DNA from: the human T2T-CHM13v2.0 reference genome, Homo sapiens
Reading direction: 5' to 3' (one strand)
Assembly (NCBI RefSeq): GCF_009914755.1
Contig: NC_060928.1
Length of the DNA: 64,000 bases
Position 1 is the first letter of the stretch; the number at the start of each line of letters is the position of its first letter. Positions 25,743 through 58,224 of the stretch are shown one piece after another. Both the position numbers and the translations under genes were made by a program. Under the pieces are notes generated by a model, which ran no database searches, was not told the DNA's origin, and saw only the letters and a list, made by a program, of their open reading frames with translations.

Positions 25743-25816
25743 CTGGGAGAGGAAACTTTTCCTTCTTTCATTCCAAGTAATACTTGTTTACCTATTTTTT
25801 TCCTCTACTTTGGCAG

Positions 25817-25914
25817 AAGCATCAGTGAACGACCACGGCTAATCCGGTTGCCACGTCAGGCGCTGTAATGGGCAGCCACCCTTTGGCCCTGCACCATGCT
25901 TTTGTGCTGTTGGT
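25817..25914 (+). other. Candidate exon or alternative first exon
   Basis: Polypyrimidine tract plus CAG ending 25816; donor GT|GTAAGT at 25915-25920; 5 CpGs in 33 bp; two ATGs in good Kozak context (25868, 25896). No transcript evidence available. Confidence 0.4.
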
Positions 25915-26176
25915 GTAAGTGACCTTGGCTCACTGATGGCATGGACGCAGCTGGCTCAGTAGAGGCATGGGCTCAGTAGAATGGCCTACACACTGACTTA
26001 GTATGCTAAGATGGGCTGAGGCAGAGGAAGAATTTCCAGTTAGGAAAACATAAGATGGTATTTCACCGTTGTTCTGTATTTAATGACATAGAATCTATTT
26101 AAACATCATATCCACTTTATGGTATTGTTTTCATTTATTCACTGAATTGTTGATTTGTGAATTCATCTGTCAGATA

Positions 26177-27613
<1,437 letters not shown>

Positions 27614-27654
27614 AATTCAGATCTCTTCTGTGTGAACAAGTTTGGGAGGGAGTT

Positions 27655-28192
27655 GTATTAATTATGTATGGCCATACAACCAGAAAACCTCAGTAACATA
27701 TAATCATAAACATTTATTTAATTTGTGAGTCTGTGGGTCAAATGAGCAGTTTTCCTTGTCTGGGCCACACCTAACTGGTCTCAGTGTGAGTTACTCATTC
27801 ACCTGTTGTCAGCAAGCAACATGACTGGGGACTAGCAAGTCTAGGAGGGTCTTGGCAAGGAGAGATTAGACAACTCAAATCTTTGTCATGTGGTCTTTCC
27901 TCCTTGAGCAGGCTATCCTGGCCTAGATCACATGATGGTGAGGTTTTGAGACAGTGATGGCAGTGAACAAGACCTCTTGAGGAATAGTCTCAGAACTGGA
28001 ACAAAATCATTTCTATCATATTCTATTGACAAAAAAATAAATAAAGAGTCAAAAGGCTGGCCTCGATGCAAGGTAGGGGTGGAGCAGGTAGGGAATACAT
28101 TCACCTCTTTAAGAGAGGAGATGCAAAGTCATATTGCAAAGGAAGTGGGTTCAGGGAGGGCACTTAAACCACTCATGCATTCAAGCTACCAT
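27655..28192 (-). mobile_element. MLT1 (F-H type) MaLR LTR
   Basis: 'aaaacctcagtaacatataatcataaacatttatt...gagtctgtgggtca' and 'gatgcaaagtcatattgcaaagg...ctaccata'. Confidence 0.6.
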
Positions 28193-29740
28193 AAGGAGAC
28201 ACACAGATCCCAACTTAGAATATAATGTGATAAGGACTATCTATAAAAGCAGTATGTGTGCAATGGTGAGACATTTGTTTACAATGTTCTTCTATCTTTA
28301 TTAAACTGTTTCTAAAGGAACAAGAGAAAGAAGGATGTAAGAAAGAGGCCAAAAAACAATTTCTGCTCTTTTTTTCCTCCCATTTTTTCCACCCCTTTCC
28401 CACCAATACAAAAAAAGTCACTTACTTTGGGAGATAGTGGTGATCAAGACTTGCCTGAGGCAGTTACTCCAAAGCTTGGAACTGAGCAGTTGGGAAGTCA
28501 GGCCCTGTGTGCAGAGTTTATGTGAATGCATATATTGTTTCTCTGGCAAAGAAGATGCTGTTTGGAAACTAAGCTCTTATTTACAGCCTCAGATGCCTTT
28601 CTGCATCTTTAGGGAGGGCTATTCTGGGTTACTTTTTGTTTTTGAAGTCAGTATTGGATGCTAAGCTTCATTTCAGTTTCTCATCCTGCATTTGTCACTT
28701 GGTCTCATTAGATTTCTGGGTCTCACTTGTCTATCTGATTTAGACTCCTGTCAACACCCAAGGCAGAGATGGCTGCCTGCTGCATTTTAAAGAACTTAGT
28801 AAATGCTAGCTATGGGTTTAAATCAATGAGTCTTACACTTTCTCATCCTGGGACTCAGAACTTGCAGCATCACACCAATAACCTCTCGAAAAGTCAATTG
28901 CTGTTTTCCTTTGGGTGTTGTTACAAGAAAAGAGCCAATTAGAACTTCTCAACTGTAGGCCCCTTGGACATTGCCATGGCCCTTAGCAATGGAAAATGAA
29001 AAAGTAAAGGGAAGTGACTACAAGGTTAAGAGAAATAGCTAACCCTGAAGAGGTATTTTAAACTCTTGAGTTACAGTCTACTTGTCCCTTTCTGAATTCC
29101 CAGCAGTATCCTATTCTTAGAGGAAATAACTCAAATTGAAAAGGACTAGAACTTTATGGCAATAAGGGTCTCCTGTTACTGGAATGATGCTGCAGCAGCA
29201 CTTTCTCTAGGAATGTTAAAGAATAAGGTAGACAAACTCACATTTGCTAGACTATTAATAGATGAGTTCTGTAGTACCACATATGGAAAAACATCATTTT
29301 TGTGATTATCAATGTTGCTATGTCTTTGCTTTTGACATATTCATCTTGATTTTAAATCCACTTTCTTAACAAAAGATGTGCATGAATTTGTGCACTTACA
29401 CATGGCACTCAGATTGAAAATATGAAGTTACAATGTATTCTGAACACTTCTGGTTCAAACCCTTCGTTTTAAAAATGAGTAAACATAACCAGACAGGTGA
29501 AGAAACATCTTGTACAATATCTAGCCAGTTGCTACATGTGTTTTAGTGCATTAAAATTGCACAATTTATAAAAACTTGCATTTACACATGAGCTGGCTTA
29601 GAAGTGGTGGAGAAATCATCAAGAAGCTTGTACTGTAGTTTGTTGGAAGTAATGCTACGTACCAACCAAGTGCAGAGCGGCTTAAAACATAGGGGCAAAG
29701 CCAACTCTAGGAGAAGATACAGCATGTGCTACCTGACTGA

Positions 29741-30203
<463 letters not shown>

Positions 30204-30779
30204 GAAAAATATTTCTACTACTACTAGAGTGGCTATGCTTTCCCGTGTGTCGGGATACTACTGTCTTGTACCTGGTGTCCTAACATAATTATTAAATTTC
30301 ACTTTCAAAGGTGACCCTGTTTAGACTATATATTATTTAGTCATCTTAGCTATCAAGATAGGAAGAACAGCATAATCTATTTATATCATACAGGCTTTTC
30401 AGTTTCCAAAATTCCTAATACTTACTTAGTAGAAGTATGCTTAGAGAGCTAAAACCTCAAGAAATATGATCAAATCTTACAATCAATTGAAAATGATGAG
30501 CAAAACAGGGTTTGATAAGTGTGAAGGAGATAATGAAAGAGAGACCACAGGCCACTAGAGACAAATTCCACCAACCTTCCATTAGTGCCAGAGCCAATGT
30601 CCAGCATGAAGACTGGGCAACTTGCAGGTGGTGTAAGATCAACAGAACGCTTATTCCTCAATTGCTGTACTAAAGACAAACATGCATCCTCATTTTCTAT
30701 GCCTAAAAAGCCAACACAAGCTTAAAGGTAACGCTGAAGGCTCAGGAACTTTTGTTCTTTTCTTTTTTTAAAAAAAGTG

Positions 30780-31049
30780 CTTTAATTGGTTATTTAATGT
30801 CTTGCTCCTTTAAAATAATTTCATCTGTGTATAGATTTTAATTTTTTTCTGCAGTTCCCCACCTCCATTCTTATCTTTTCCTTGCAATTTACATTGACAA
30901 ACTTGTGTAGTTTGACCTGTAGAGTTTCTCACACTCAACTTGTTTAACATGTGGCCTTTCTTTCTGTGTATCTCCTGTAAACTGGCAGCTGGGTTGCAAG
31001 ACTTGATCAGACTGAAGGCGGTGATGTGCTCTTTCATTGAGATGCAACT
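30780..31049 (-). mobile_element. L1MC-type 3' UTR fragment (resumes at 33538-33606)
   Basis: 'gtttgacctgtagagtttctcac', 'tatctcctgtaaactggcag...gacttgatcagact'; continuation 'gatgttagtagccatt...cattgcctaatcc' after the younger L1. Confidence 0.6.
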
Positions 31050-31050
31050 T

Positions 31051-33537
<2,487 letters not shown>

Positions 33538-33606
33538 AGAGGCAACTATTGCCTGGTTGGCTATCATTCTATGATGTTAGTAGCCATTTATCTTCATTGC
33601 CTAATC

Positions 33607-33780
33607 CAGGAATTGGCAAACTAAAGCAAATCCAAATCCTGTTTTGTAAATAAAGTTCTATCGCAAAACAACTATGCTCATATATGTATTGTGTATGGCT
33701 GCTTTGCTCCAACAACAAAATTGTATAGTTGCAATAGTGACCATGTGCACTGCAAAGCCTACAGTATTTATTGTCTGCTT
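33607..33780. mobile_element. MER58A hAT-Charlie MITE lacking its last ~30 bp
   Basis: 'caggaattggcaaact...ttttgtaaataaagtt...tatggctgcttt...caaagcctacagtattta'. Confidence 0.75.
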
Positions 33781-33991
33781 TTTTAAAATTATACTTTAAG
33801 TTCTAGGGTACATGTGCACAACGTGCAGGTTTGTTACATATGTATACATGTGCCATGTTGGTGTGCTGCACCCATTAACTCGTCATTTACATTAGGTATA
33901 TCTCCTAATGCTATCCCTCCCACCTCCCGCCACCCCACGACAGGCCCCGATGTGTGATGTTCCCCTTCCTGTGTCCATGTGTTCTCATTAT

Positions 33992-37808
<3,817 letters not shown>

Positions 37809-37856
37809 TATGATGTTAGCTGGTTATTTTGCTCATTAGTTGATGCAGTTTCTTCT

Positions 37857-39196
<1,340 letters not shown>

Positions 39197-39772
39197 CTTT
39201 GTGGTCTTGTCTACCTTTGGTCTTTGAGGACGGTGACGTACAGACGGGATTTTGGTGTGGATGCCCTTTCTGTTTGTTAGTTTTCCTTCTAACAGTCAGG
39301 ACCCTGAGCTGCAGGTCTGTTGGAGTTTGCTGCAGGTCCACTCCAGACCCTGTTTGCCTGGGTATCAGCAATGGAGGCTGCAGAACAGTGAATATTGCTG
39401 AACAGCAAATGTTGCTGCCTGATTGTTCCTCTGGAAGCTTCATCTAAGAGGGGTACCCGGTCATGTGAGGTGTCAGCCTGCCCCTATTGGGGGGTGCCTC
39501 CCAGTTATGCTACTCAGGGGTCAAGGGACCCACTTGAGGAGGCAGTCTGTCCATTCTCAGATCTCAAACTCTGTGATGGGAGAACCACTACTCTCTTCAA
39601 AGCTGTCAGACAGGGACATTTAAGTCTGCAGAGGTTTCTGCTGCCTTTTGTTTAGCTATGCCCTGCCCCCAGAAGTGGAGTCTACAGTGGCAGGCAGGCT
39701 TCCTTGAGCTGTGGTGGGCTCCACCCAGTTCTAGCTTCCCAGCCATTTTGTTTACCTACTCAAGCCTCAGCA

Positions 39773-39955
39773 ATGGCAGGCGCCCCTCCCCCAGCCTTGC
39801 TGCCACCTTGCAGTTCGATCTCAGACTGCTGTGCTAGCAATGGGCAGGGCTCCATGGGCATGGGACCCTCTGAGACAGACATGGGATATAATCTCCTGGT
39901 GTGCCCTTTGCTAAGACCATTGGAAAAGCGCATTATTAGGGTAGGATTGACCTGA
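39773..39955 (+). pseudogene. L1 ORF0 (antisense 5' UTR ORF), truncated at 60 aa
   Basis: MAGAPPPALLPPCSSISDCCASN...IRVGLT*. Confidence 0.75.
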
Positions 39956-40249
39956 TTTTCCAGGTGCCATCTGTCACCACTTCCCTTGGCTAGGAAAAGG
40001 AATTCCCTGACCCCTTGCACTTCCCGGGTGAGGTGATGCCTCATCCTGCTTTGGCTCATGCTCAGTGGCCTGCACCCACTGTACTGCCCCCACTGTCCGA
40101 CAAACCCCAGTGAGATGAACCCAGTACCTCATTTGGAAATGCAGAAATCACCTGTCTTCTACGTTGCTCATGCTGGGAACTGTAGACTGGAGCTGTTCCT
40201 ATTTGGCCATCTTGGAACCCCCCTCCACCCCGGTCTCCTTTTTATTATC

Positions 40250-41046
40250 ACCAGCAATTCTGAACAACACCGGTGATTAAATACTTCCCCTCTTTGCTGT
40301 GGTGGAACACTCCTACTGTCTCCCTCACCTTTTGGGATAGTACTGTTACTCTTTAAGATGGATAGTTTGGACTAAAGACAAAATGCATGAGGTGAGGAGT
40401 CAGTGGGCACAAGTATGAGTGGCCCTGCTTACCATTAGTCCTAGTAATGCACTTGGATGATTTGCTTCCCATCACTGCAACTGCAGCCTCTGTCAGTCTA
40501 GAGATTCTAAAGTCAAGTGGAAAGATTTTTCTACTAGAGTATACAGTAAGGTTTCACTACACTAAAATTTAGCTACCACCCAGTCACTTTGGCTCTTCCT
40601 GCCAGTTGACCAGCAATTGCTGAGTAATTGACTTGACTATCAAGAGGAGTGGGCAGGCAGGAGTATTCCTAAAAACCAGAAACTCTACCAGGACTCCACT
40701 TGATACTTCCATGTCCAGTAATAGCTGTAATTGGGCCTTTGGAGAAACAGTGACCTGATAGGGAGTGGTAACCATGGGCTCAGACCCCTCAGGAATAAAA
40801 TATGGGGTTTCCCTACAGGCTAGCAATCAAGATGAACAGAAGCACGAACCAAAGTTGAGAAGGACAGATGATCAAGATCATGGTCAATTACAGCATTGAG
40901 TTTGTAGCTTGTCCCATTAATCCTCCTAATTTTGTTAAACCCATTTGTTTCGAAATTCTGAATGATCACTGGATTGAAGAGCAGTTACTTATAGGAATGA
41001 ATTTAACGTGGGGCACAGTTAGAACTGCACAAAGCAAAGGGTGAAC
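40250..41046 (+). mobile_element. ERVL (HERV16/ERV3-16A3-like) internal 3' fragment
   Basis: 'gctcagacccctcaggaataaaatatgggg' resembles ERVL-int 3' region; purine tract before the LTR. Confidence 0.5.
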
Positions 41047-41513
41047 TGTTGAAGGCATTGTCAGTGCCCTACCCACATCTTTTGGGTTTTAACTATTTTA
41101 CTGTATTCTGGTGAACTTCTGTTAGTATCTGCCTCTCTGTACATGGGGGCTTTTTGTAGAATCACCAAAGGCTGCTTTGCCCTTGTGCATGATAGACTGG
41201 AATTTCAAGGGATATGTTACCCCATGCTCTGGAAGTGATCCTCAATCAGTGTTTCTTGAGAGTTGGTGTACAAATACTCTTGTACCCACGTCTCTTGAGT
41301 GAGATAATTCTGAGATGTGTATTTTACTCCATTGCTTAGAATGTCCTTGCAGGAATCAACTCCAGGGACCCACTGCAGTAGCTGGCTTAATAATGTACTC
41401 TTATTGGCCTTTTTTTTCTTTATATCTCTCCCTTACTGATTTTCCCAGTACCTCTCCAATAAATACTCAAACCCTTATCTTGGAATCTGTTTCTATAGAA
41501 ACCCAAACAACAC
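41047..41513 (+). mobile_element. LTR16-type ERVL LTR
   Basis: Start 'tgttgaaggcattgtcagtgccctacccacatc'; end 'ccaataaatactcaaacccttatcttggaatctgtttctatagaaacccaaac'. Confidence 0.65.
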
Positions 41514-41569
41514 CTTTCAGACACATTCTCTGAAGTTTTTCTTTTAATTCTGAGCCCAGGCAGACTATG

Positions 41570-41735
41570 TATACTTTTGATAGTAACTAATCTCTCTGGG
41601 CTTTAATTTTCCTGATCTATTAAATGCAGATATTAATAGTATCTACTTCATTGGGTTTATTACCACTATTAAGTAAGATAATATTTCTAAAGCATTTAGA
41701 AAATTGCCTGACACAGATGTTATTTGTATAAATAA
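41570..41735 (+). mobile_element. MIR fragment
   Basis: 'aatctctctgggctttaattttcctgatctattaaatgcagatattaatagtatctacttcattggg...aaagcatttagaaaattgcctgacaca'. Confidence 0.65.
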
Positions 41736-43036
41736 AATAATATTTAAAGTTTTTTCTTTGGAGGATGTAATGGGAAGATAAATCTTTAAAACTGCTTTCT
41801 TTTTTCTACTGAACATTGTAGGGAGTGATATTTTCCAGTTATGTTGGTTATTGGCTTTCCTCAACGATGCATATTTTTGCTGGAAGTAACTTGACATGTG
41901 GACCAACTACAATAAACCTGGGTTGTTGCTGTTGTTGTTTTGACTGAGTAGTAAAAATAAATAACATGCTGGCTTCTATTTTATGTACAATTTTTCAAAT
42001 AAATTAGTAGATTAGAGGATTCAAGACTGGCTTCATCATGCATTGTTGGATAGACCTTTAACTCACTATTGGTGATCCAAGTTATTTAGAATTTCACAGC
42101 AAGTTTAAATATGCTGTGAACATTAGCAGGTGCAGTTATTGCTTTCTCTCTGCAAGTCCAAGATGGAAATGCCCCCCAAGGCATAAAAATGTTTTTGCAT
42201 GTTGTAAGCATAAGAAGCTTGGAAATACATGTTTTGGAAACTTTTCTCTAGCAGGTGACAGGATTCCATATTCCAATGAGCTTAGAGGACTTGGGAAAGA
42301 GTCTTTAATGAGAGATTTCCCTTCTCCTAGAGCAAAAAGATACCAGATTCAATTTCCTGATATTAGTTGTAGAGTTATGGGAATATTTTGCAACATGATT
42401 TAAAAAAAATCTCTCTTCATTTATACATAGCCCCAGAAATAAGTTCTGCCTTTTATAAACTCAAGTTTACCTCCTATTACCTTATCTGATAGTTATAAGG
42501 TGGTTGACTTCAGTGTGATACGCTAGGTTCAGTTTGATTTATTGTGTGACCCAGGTTGCTGGCATGGATTAAAGTTTATTTGAATTGGTTTGGTTGCTTC
42601 CTGGCAAGGTTTTCCCGACTTCATTCCTAGCGAAGCATCTGAGCCATTTTCTTTCCCCAGTTGTTTTAAAACATACCACTCTGACAGTTTTATCAATATA
42701 TCTTTTTCCCTTTTTCCAGAGCTACTTCATTCTACCACTAAATGAAAGCACCAAGTTACAGGAGGAATTTCCTCCCATTTCCACTGACCTTTGCCCTCGG
42801 CATTGGATCTCCTGGGACCTTACCAAAGGCTTAGTGATGGCTACTATTTCTTAGCAGCCATGCCTATGCATATTTCTCACCAAATTGTATTTTATTTTAA
42901 AAGTCATATAGGCCAAAAAAATCCCCTTAATCACTATGAAATATGTAAGGGAAAAATGAAAAGTCACTCTTTATTCCATCCCCTAGAAAATTTTTTGTAC
43001 ATTATTATAGTTTTTTTCTCTATGAAAATGCTTCAT

Positions 43037-48790
<5,754 letters not shown>

Positions 48791-49407
48791 ATATACAAAG
48801 TTATGCAATTTTCTCCTTTGAAACTTGATTTTTTCATTATGTTCATCATGGTTCTACAGAATACGAATGAAGTTATGCAATTTTCTACTCCCTCAGAGGG
48901 TGTGTGTTAGTTCAATTATTCTTTACTGGTCTTCATTTGGATTGCCCTTTCCCTTCAAAATATGATGACTAATTTTCAGCCATAAGAGGACACTGAGTTT
49001 CAGTAAGGGGGACTTCCTCAGTGAATTCTAAATTAAGAATTATTGTTGAAAAATATACATACGCACAATGTTAAAATATCTAATATTGAGTTTGGCATGA
49101 GTATTGCCGAATCAAAACAGGTGTCAGCCATAAGAAATCTGTCTTAATCAAGATGGCCGAATAGGAACAGCTCTGGTCTACAGCTCCCAGAGTGAGCGAC
49201 GCAGAAGATGGGTGATTTCTGCATGTCCATCTGAGGTACCGGGTTCATCTCACTAGGGAATGCCAGACAGTGGGCGCAGGACAGTGGGTGCAGCACACCA
49301 TGCATGAGCCGAAGCAGGGTGAGGCATTGCCTCACTCGGGAAGGGCAAGGGGTCAGGGAGTTCCCTTTCCTAGTCAAAGAAAGGGGTGACAGACGGCACC
49401 TGGAAAA

Positions 49408-49590
49408 TCAGGTCACTCCCACCCCAATACTGTGCTTTTCTGACGGGCTTAAAAAACGATGCACCAGGAGATTATATCCCACACCTGGCTCGGAGGGTCC
49501 TATGCCTATGGAGTCTCGCTGATTGCTAGCACAGCATTCTGAGATCAAACTGCAAGGCGGCATCAAGGCTGGGGGAGGGGCGCCCGCCAT
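49408..49590 (-). pseudogene. L1 ORF0, truncated at 60 aa
   Basis: MAGAPPPALMPPCSLISECCASNQRDSIGIGPSEPGVGYNLL...IGVGVT*. Confidence 0.8.
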
Positions 49591-50177
49591 TGCCCAGGCT
49601 TGCTTAGGTAAACAAAGCAGCCGGGAAGCTCCAACTGGGTGGAGCCCACCACAGCTCAAGGAGGCCTGCCTGCCTGCCTCTGTAGGCTCCACCTCTGGGG
49701 GCAGGACACAGACAAACAAAAAGACAGCAGTAACCTCTGCAGACTTAAATGTCCCTGTCTGACAGCTTTGAAGAGAGCAGTGGTTCTCCCAGCATGCAGC
49801 TGGAGATCTGAGAACGGGCAGACTGCCTCTTCAAGTGGGTCCCTGACCCCTGACCCCCGAGCAGCCTAACTGGGAGGCACCCCCCAGTAGGGGCAGACTG
49901 ACACCTCACACGGCCGGGTACTCCACTGAGACAAAACTTCCAGAGGAGCGATCAGATAGCAGCATTCGTGGTTCACGAAAATCCGCTGTTCTGCAGCCAC
50001 TGCTGCTGGTACCCAGGCAAACAGGGTCTGCAGTGGACCTCTAACAAACTCCAACAGACCTGCAGCTGAGGGTCCTGTCTGTTAGAAGGAAAACTAACAA
50101 ACAGAAAGGACATCCACACCAAAAACCCATCTGTACATCACCATCATCAAAGACCAAAAGTAGATAAAACCACAAAG

Positions 50178-51193
50178 ATGGGGGAAAAAAAGAGCAGAAA
50201 AACTGGAAACTCTAAAAAGCAGAGTGCCTCTCCTCCTCCAAAGGAACGCAGCTCCTCACCAGCAAGGGAACAAAGCTGGATGGAGAATGACTTTGATGAG
50301 TTGAGAGAAGACGGCTTCAGACGATCAAACTACTTCGAGCTACAGGGGGAAATTCAAACCAAAGGCAAGGAAGTTGAAAACTTTGAAAAAAATTTAGATG
50401 AATGTATAACTAGAATAACCAATACAGAGAAGTGCTTAAAGGAGCTGATGGAGCTGAAAGCCAAGGCTCGAGAACTATGTGAAGAATGCAGAAGCCTCAG
50501 GAGCTGATGCGTTCAACTGGAAGAAAGGGTATCAGTGATGGAAGATGAAATGAATGAAATAAAGCGAGAAGGGAAGTTTAGAGAAAAAAGAATAAAAAGA
50601 AACAAACAAAGCCTCCAAGAAATATGGGACTATGTGAAAAGACAAAATCTACGTCTGATTGGTGTACCTGAAAGTGACAGGGAGAATGGAACCAAGCTGG
50701 AAACACTCTGCAGGATGTTATCCAGGAGAATTTCCCCAATCTGGCAAGGCAGGCCAACATTCAGATTCAGGAAATACAGAGAACACCACAAAGATACTCC
50801 TCAAGAAGAGCAACTCCAAGACACATAATTGTCAGATTCACCAAAGTTGAAATGAAGGAAAAAATGTTAAGGGCAGCCAGAGAGAAAGGTCGGGTTACCC
50901 ACAAAGGGAAGCCCATCAGACTAACAGTGGACCTCTCGGCAGAAACTCTACAAGCCAGAAGAGAGTGGGGGCCAATATCCAACATTCTTAAAGAAAAGAA
51001 TTTTCAACCCAGAATTTCATATCCAGCCAAACTAAGCTTCATAAGTGAAGGAGAAATAAAATCCTTTACAGACAAGCAAATGCTGAGAGATTTTGTCACC
51101 ACCAGGCCTGCCCTACAAGAGCTCCTGAAGGAAGCACTAAACATGGAAAGGAACAACCAGTACCAGCCACTGCAAAATCATTTCAAATTGTAA
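50178..51193 (+). pseudogene. L1 ORF1, disabled
   Basis: MGEKKSRKTGNSK...; premature TGA at 50505-50507 and a frameshift near 50700. Confidence 0.93.
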
Positions 51194-51256
51194 AGACCAC
51201 TGAGGCTAGGAAGAAACTAAATCAACTAATGAGCAAAATAACCAGCTAACATCATA

Positions 51257-55077
<3,821 letters not shown>

Positions 55078-55606
55078 ACAGTGAGAACACATGGACACAG
55101 GAAGGGGAACATCACACTCTGGGGACTGTTGTGGGGTGGGGGGAGGGAGGAGGGATAGCTTTAGGAGATATACCTAATGCTAAATGACGAGTTAATGGGT
55201 GCAGCACAACAGCATGGCACATGTATACATATGTAACTAACCTGCACATTGTGCACATGTACCCTAAAGCTTAAAGTATATTAATAATAAAATAATAAAA
55301 AAAAGAAATTTGTCTTCTGCAATGGCTAAAATATGTTAATTGATGTATAAACTTGAGAGACAGTCTTTTTTTTTCAACAAACCCAACTTATATGAAAATT
55401 AACATTCAAAAAGAATATCTGGTTTCATTAACTTTCTCAACTTTTTCCTTTATACTTAAGCCTAATCCTTATCCTTCTCTCTTTATAGACTTAGCTAGAT
55501 ATGTAACTTTTGTATTTACCTTTAGCCCCATGCTTAGTTTGGGTCCCAAACCAAAACTCCATTAACTAATTTTTCTTTTTGAAAATTTCGTCATTTTCTT
55601 TTCCAA

Positions 55607-56138
<532 letters not shown>

Positions 56139-56327
56139 TTTAAGGTGAGGGTATGGGGTCACTGCCTTCAATCTGATCCCCAGGTAGTTGATAAGCTCTG
56201 TATGCATATAACCTCCAGTCATAGATGATTTGTGTTTGATACCTCACTTTCTCCTCAAGATAACTGAGTTGAGAAGATGCTTTGAAAACCTCTAGCAATA
56301 GCTAGAGAGTGATTGGTTCTCCCATCT

Positions 56328-56762
56328 TGTGATGGGTTGAATTGTGTCCCCCCTTCCAAATTCATATGTTGAAGTCTTAATCCCTACCACCTGGGAATGT
56401 GATCTTATTTGGAAATAAGGTTTTTGTAGATGTCATTAGTTAAAATGGGCCCAAAGCTATTATGAATGGTGTCCTAATAAAAGAGAAATTTGGACTTGGA
56501 GACAGACATGCACGTAGGGAGAAAGCCATGTGAAGATGAAGATAGAGATTGGGTGAGGCACCTACAAGCCAAGGAATGCCACAGATTGTCAACCAACCAC
56601 CAGAAGCTAGGAGAGGGGCATGAGACAGAGTTTCCTCACAGTCCTCAGAAGAACCAACACCCTGATTTCAGACCTGTAGTCTCTAGGCCTGTGAGATGAC
56701 AAATTTCTCCTGTTTAACTGATCCAGTTTATAGTACTTTATTGCGAGGGTCCTAGCAAACAC
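56328..56762 (+). mobile_element. MLT1C-type MaLR solo LTR
   Basis: 'tgtgatgggttgaattgtgtcccc...caagccaaggaatgcc...ctagcaaac'. Confidence 0.8.
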
Positions 56763-57911
56763 CTGTTTCCTGCTAGGTTAACTTTTAGTTAAAAAGGCCT
56801 GCTTAAGCTATATTTTAAAGATGGAAACAGAAAAATAATGACTGAAAATTTTAAGTTGCTTTATTATTATTATTATTTATAAAACTGCTTCCTGTATCTT
56901 TTAAGTTATTGTGTTAGGAAGTGTTTTCTCTCAACAAAATCTTCATCTTTCTCAGCTTCCATTTTTACCACTCTGTCTCTGCTTCCAAGGATGTTACTTT
57001 AACATCTACTACTTAGGCTTGATACGTAAGTTTCCACCTTTTCGGCCAGTATCCTTTGCTCTGGTTAAGAACTGTTTTTAGCATGCCAGTTTTTGTCTTT
57101 CTCATCTATTCTTTGACAATTTCTTCTGAGCTACTGCGTGGCATGTGTTTGACTGCTTTTCACTTCCAGCCATCAACCCATCTACTTGCTCTCATTTGTC
57201 ATTTGTTTCAAATGTTTTTTAAATCTGTGTGTCCAAAGATTGATTTTCCAGAAAGCCTAATTTAAAATATGTCACCCAGCCTGCCACTTATATTTCATAA
57301 AAAATATTATTCTATTATCCTGATATTTCTTTTCCTTCTGGATATATAATTCTTAGCTGTTAGTTTTAAAGCCACTTTTAATTCTTTTTATTATATAAAA
57401 GCACAGAAAAGTATAAAAGAATAGACATGAAACATTAGATGTACTTTCTGCCTTGGGGGAAAATATCTCTGGGAATTTAATGATTTAAGTTATTTGTTGA
57501 ATCATAACTTCTTAGTATCTAAACTAATTTTAAGGCCAGCTCTGTTAATATTATAACTTTTGCAAATCTTCTGTTTAGGGATGCGTTTTAAAAACTGGGA
57601 CAACCAGGTTAATAACATGGCTACTGTCATACAAAGTATACGCAATGCAAGTGAAATTTTGGCAAGAAGAGAAAGTAGCAGGTGGTTTCACGTTCATGGT
57701 CTCAACTAGCAAACCATACGTCTTTCAGGTATAGACACTGCCATTCTGGGCAATTTGGCTAAGCTTCCTAGGCCTCAGTTTCTTCAGCCCTAATTGTATA
57801 AAATCTTTCCATTTCAACACCTACCACTGACTTTATCAGGGATGAAGTGCTAATGTGGCCTTCAGTGCTAGCTCCGACTGGTTGACAGTGGCTGCCCAGG
57901 TACTCACTCTT

Positions 57912-58224
57912 TTTCTTTTTTTTTGAGACGGAGTCTCGCTCTGTCGCCCGGGCTGGAGTGCAGTGACGAGATCTCGGCTCACTGCAAGCTCCGCCTCCCG
58001 AGTTCACACCATTCTCTTGCCTCAGCCTCCCAAGTAGATGGGACGACAGCATGGGGTGCCCACCACCACGCCCGGCTAATTTTTTTTTTTTTTTTTTTTG
58101 TATTTTTAGTAGAGACAGGGTTTCACCGTGTTAGCCAGGATGGTCTCTATCTCCTGACCTCGTGATCCGCCCGCCTCGGCCCCCCAAAGTGCTGGGATTA
58201 CAGGCGTGAGCCACCGCGCCCTTC
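57912..58224 (-). mobile_element. AluY with expanded linker and small insertion
   Basis: 'ctgcaagctccgcc' and 'ccgtgttagccaggatgg'; 17-bp TSD CCCAG(G/A)TACTCACTCTT at 57895-57911 and 58225-58241. Confidence 0.94.

Noticed and set aside
25371-25868. 165-aa ORF next to the candidate exon
   Set aside because: Non-ATG start, runs through L2-like and CT/CA microsatellite sequence, no recognisable domain.
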